Below are positions 59,700 through 64,000 of a stretch of DNA of 64,000 nt, one piece after another. Position 1 is the first letter of the stretch. The number at the start of each line of letters is the position of its first letter. A program made the translations under genes and the position numbers. Location of the stretch: assembly GCA_964036045.1 (NCBI GenBank), contig OZ038378.1:181040001-181104000 (forward strand), given 5' to 3'. The DNA comes from Eutreptiella sp. 'Long Island Sound 2002'. Its lineage: Eukaryota; Protista; Euglenida. The notes beneath the pieces are model-generated. The model made no database searches. It was not told the DNA's origin and saw nothing but the letters and a program-made list of their open reading frames with translations.

Positions 59700-61950
59700 C
59701 GACTCGGACGCCAAGAAATTTTTCTTTTTTTTCCTGCTAAGAAACGTCCTGCCGTCGTTTGTCCATTGTCATGCTTTGTTTGCATGGTAGTCAGAGGTAA
59801 TTGAGCTATAAGCTCTGGGGCTGATGGGTTCCAAGCACAGGCCAGCATGCTTTTCAGTGTGACCTCTGTGCTGTGCTGTATTCCTCAGGGCAAGGTATCC
59901 CAAGCATTGAAGCGCATTGTCACTGAGTGCAAGGCATGCTAAAAGGTGGTAAGGCGATGCCCATTTGCTCATTCAGTCCTAAAATGTTTCCACTGCACAG
60001 GCGTCTCCAAGAACAGCTTTTAACAGAAATGGAAAATGAGTGCACTGGGAAGCGTGCTCAAAGCGTCCAGTATGACCGTGGCGACCTCCATTCTGGTATC
60101 TTCGAATCAAATTCTGGGGTCCAATCGCATGGAACCAAACATGGGCGTCGAAGGGCAACCGTTGGCATTTGGGGGTGACTGAACGTAGTTCGAGGGTCAC
60201 AAATGGCATTTGGGGACCCAGAGGGCCCTTGCACGGCTCACTAGCGCACGACTGATGGAAGCCAATCGGGGCATGAAGCAGTAGTACGTGTGCTTCTTTT
60301 CCAGCTGACGACATCATTTCTGAACCCCTTCCTGTGTCCGTCTGAATCCGTCATTCTCAGGTCCTGCTCACCAGAGTTTCACTCAGCACCATCCAAAGTG
60401 AAGGAAGCTGTTCCCTGCGCCTCACCAAAACTGTCACGTGGCACAGTCGCCAACTGACGGCGCCGTGTGGACTCACGGGAGGGGTAGTTGGCGTTCAAAC
60501 CCGAGGAGTCGCCCCCCACCCACCCCAGCACAGGCGCCCCCATGAGTGTGTGGTGTAAAATGGCGTGTTCTGTTGCCTGCACAAAGTATTGATTTTGTAC
60601 GGGAGTGGTTGTGCATGGGTGCAAGTGTACAAACAGAAGTGATGCACGCATTATATATGCACAGACACGTGCCGGGAACGTAGGTTGCTCCATGGTGCGT
60701 TCCACAGGGGAAAACAATAAGAATAACAGCTTGCCTGATACGCGCAGTGCCAAAATCCTTTTGTATCCGGTCTACAATCTATTTTCCCCCACTCTACCGG
60801 GCTTCGGTGGTCAGGGCCAGCATTTCTGTCTCGATTTTCATGATGATGGTGACTGCATAACGCCCCTGACACATGTCAAAAAAATTTCAGGCACAGTTGA
60901 CATAGCCTGCATCAGCAGGTGCCCCAAGAGCGCCCAGAGAGTTCAGAAACTCTTGCTTAACGGCCGAATTTAACAATGCGCGCCGCATCGGGTGCACACC
61001 CTGTATTCCGTATGGACATAGTTGGGTACCACGGCGAGGTTTCACACATTCGTGGCGAACCATGGCCAAGTCAAACACCACCGTATGCCGCCTGCCTCTA
61101 TTTCATGCTTCCAGATGGCGTTCTGGCCACATGCGATGGCAATCTGCAGTTCAAGCCCTGGCATTCTCAGTGCTGCTTTTGGGATTGGGGGTCGCCGTGC
61201 TCTTTTATCCAGACTTATTGGGAAATAGTGAGGGTTCGAAGCCAAGTCTACAAGGTCTGTGTTCCAGCGAGGCTTTGGCTCCTTTGTGTGTCTGTGTTGT
61301 TCTGTATGAGGTAGGATGGGACAGCCGGTAAATATTTGCCAATATGCAGCGGAAAATACCCGCCGCAACAAGCATCTCGTCGCAAGCCCCTCTCTGCAGT
61401 CTGGTTCTCGACCTGCGCAGCTCGTGCACACACGAAGTTGTGCCCCGCCATGCATTCTCGGCAGCACATGTGGCACAGTGCCGGCAGCGGCAACAGCAGC
61501 AGCGGCAGCACCAGCAGCAGCACCAGGGGCACCAGCAGCACCAGCACCAGCACCATCAGCACCAGCATCTGAGCACTAACACCTCCACCAGCACCACCAC
61601 TAGCACCAGCAGCACCACCGGCAGCACCACCAGCACCAGCATCAGCACCACCATCACCACCACCACCACCACCACCACCACCAGTGTCGGCGGCGGCGGC
61701 GGCAGCCGCAGCACCACCACCAGCCCCACCAGCAGCACCACGAGCAGACACAGCGAACCTGTGCAGCATTGGTAGGGTGCGTGTGAAAACCTCCTGCAAC
61801 GAGGAATCAAGTCTGTTTGATATCTGACCACTTAAATCATGCAATGCAATTCGGTTCAATTTGAGTTTCGACAGGCCGCTGCCCCATGCAAAGTCCCAGG
61901 CCCCTACCCCTACACTCTTGCAGTATGTAGCACACAAACTTAAACCCTCA
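59700..61950 (-). mobile_element. Highly decayed hAT (ZMYM1/P52rIPK-like) transposase remnant
   Basis: Minus-strand fragments ECRGRG (cf. CRGQGYDG), CETSPW (cf. LCETRW) and ALLNSAVKQEFLNSL occur in the expected order; many stops and insertions. Confidence 0.3.
61490..61745 (+). repeat. (CAG)/(CAC)/(GGC) trinucleotide low-complexity array
   Basis: Directly visible. Confidence 0.9.
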
Positions 61951-63736
61951 GTCTGACTGCACCATGGCCTCCATCATGCATTCTGCACTTTAGGACGGCG
62001 CCTCCAGCCCTCAGTAAAGCGGCCCAATGTCGTTGCCAGTGCCCGCGTTGGGACTGGCCTTCGCCATAGCCCTGCGCGGCCCAACAAGACGTTGAATGTC
62101 AACACCAGTGCCACTGCGATTGTTGTTGCTGTGCAGTCAGCCGACGCTACCAAAGAGGCTGCCACACACTCATACATCGCTGCCACAGAGGATCCGCTGC
62201 GGTCTGTCGCTGCGAAGGCGCCTGCACAGCCACTTGACCCCCCGGCAAGCGCCACTTCAAAGCAGAATAGCGATACACCAAGTTCCAACACGGATGTTGC
62301 TGCGTCGTCTTACGCACAGTGCCCCTGGTCGAAGCCGGCGAATTTCAAGTATCCTGCAGACTCCACGTCGCGCAGGTACGCGGGATCTTCGCTTGTGGAT
62401 GCCTTTTGTCGTGCAAGGGGGACATGCAAGGCACCAAGCCTCCTTTTCACAGTGTGCAGCAATGCTCAGCATCTCAATTCTACTGCCTTGGGCCTTGGGC
62501 CCGCTCTACTCGTGTTGCGTAGATACATCGTTAGATAGATTAGAACTAGACGTCACTGTGTTCCCTCTCAATTTTGTTCGTGCTTCCAGTGCAGTAATGA
62601 ACGTCCAGTGGACCACAAGCAGCCACTACTTTCATGTGTTTTGGCCAATGCACCCTATTTTCAAGCCCTTCTGGGGGCGTATTTTGTGCTGTGCGCACGC
62701 TGTGCACAAAGTTTGTACCGGAACATACCTAAACTCGATAATGCTGCCTAGTACCCCTACCTGTGACCCTTTTGCTGCATTTATATGAGTTGCTACACCA
62801 AGAGCTGCTGGTAGGATACTATTACGATTGAAGGACCCTATTGAAGGACCCCATTGACTTACAAAATCAGGATGTTACAAAGGGACCGCAACACCATAAC
62901 CCCCCCCCCCCCGAAAATGGCAGTAATCCACAAGAGCATAAGGCTCAGCCATTAAACTGACAGTGGTACAACCACAAGCTCCATTGTCAAGTCAGGACAG
63001 ATAGGTCTGGCTAGCAGACAAATGGGGTGGCCCCCTCCAAGGCGCCTTCACTCAAGTTTGTGGGGGCTGCAAGCATTCCCCACACCCAGAGCACAGCATG
63101 GCGGTGAGCTACCGTGCATACTGGAGAACGAGAGGAAAGAGGTGGGGGAAACAGCCAACTAGCCATGTGTTGGTAAAGATCCACAAAAGGGCGATATGCT
63201 GCCGTTGCCACAGTGCACTGTTGCCGCAAATGCGCTTGTGAACGCACTCTGAGGAGTACTGCAGGGTAAAGAGAGACACTCTGTGCGTAAACAAAGCGGA
63301 GAGAAGGAACTTGGCTGCATAAGTTATTCTCATAAGTTACAAACACAACATTCCAGGCCCCGATTGGCTCAAGTGGTTTCAAATGGTGTTGAAAGGGGAC
63401 GTTCGTGCACAGCGCGTGCACAGCGTGCACACAGCGCGCAGTTTCTGGGGCAAAATTGGAGAATTTCAGAATAATTAGCAATATTCTTGCCTATTCAGAC
63501 AATACTACCCCCACACAATGTTACACAACCCCATGTTTCAACTCCCCACATCCAAGCCACCCAAGCCCCTAAGTTGCACCTTGACACCACCTCACAACAC
63601 ATTTTGTATGACGGCCTCTTGAGATGGGTCGCTTTTGTCAATTGTGGTGTTTGGTGCAGCAGGTGCAAACGAAGAAGGATCTCTAACAATTTCATCTTCG
63701 CACTTGATACTAGCAACTATAGCAACCATACTCCTT

Positions 63737-63754
63737 CTCCTCCTCCTCCTCCTC

Positions 63755-63810
<56 letters not shown>

Positions 63811-63820
63811 ATTACTACTA
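63737..63820 (+). repeat. Compound (CCT)n(GCT)n(ACT)n trinucleotide microsatellite
   Basis: Directly visible. Confidence 0.95.
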
Positions 63821-64000
63821 GATACTACTACCAGATACTAGCAACACTGGCAACTCGTGTGCATGTGCATAAATGTTATCATCCTCCTCATATTGTTGGT
63901 CGTCATCAAGGTCATGCACAAAATGGACATCACGAGATTTCCATCGATGTGGGCATGAGGGTCTGAGAGATGGCGCAGCAGTGGAGACCCTGGAATCACG

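Overview
This is eukaryotic nuclear DNA, most likely from a photosynthetic euglenid. The evidence is a near-perfect Euglena-type spliced-leader (SL) sequence at 28085-28110 and a Euglena class I-type plastid-targeting presequence on the adjacent gene. Four protein-coding genes could be reconstructed, all on the + strand. (1) A 5'-partial hypothetical protein with 8 exons (<1..20452). (2) An intronless, plastid-targeted Rubisco-LSMT-like SET-domain methyltransferase (28124..29986), preceded directly by a genomic SL copy, so a probable retrogene. (3) A secreted CE2-type SGNH/GDSL esterase with 2 exons (41656..44827), plus a candidate 81-bp nonconventional intron. (4) A fatty-acid-hydroxylase/sterol-desaturase family protein with 4 exons (50146..58018). 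All 11 reconstructed introns are GT-AG. The rest is a dense repeat landscape: a 5'-truncated degenerate LINE (RT-RNase H-zinc finger) with an (ATTGT)n tail, several non-autonomous hAT elements with perfect 8-bp TSDs, hAT transposase remnants, poly-G/poly-C MITEs, pentamer microsatellites and minisatellites. A nested complex at about 35-40 kb contains a 2.4-kb element with perfect 35-bp TIRs. It carries a frameshifted 2OG-Fe(II) dioxygenase plus Cys-rich finger gene and no recognisable transposase. The best leads are the SL-bearing retrogene and the dioxygenase-carrying TIR element. All domain calls come from motif reading by eye, not database searches.
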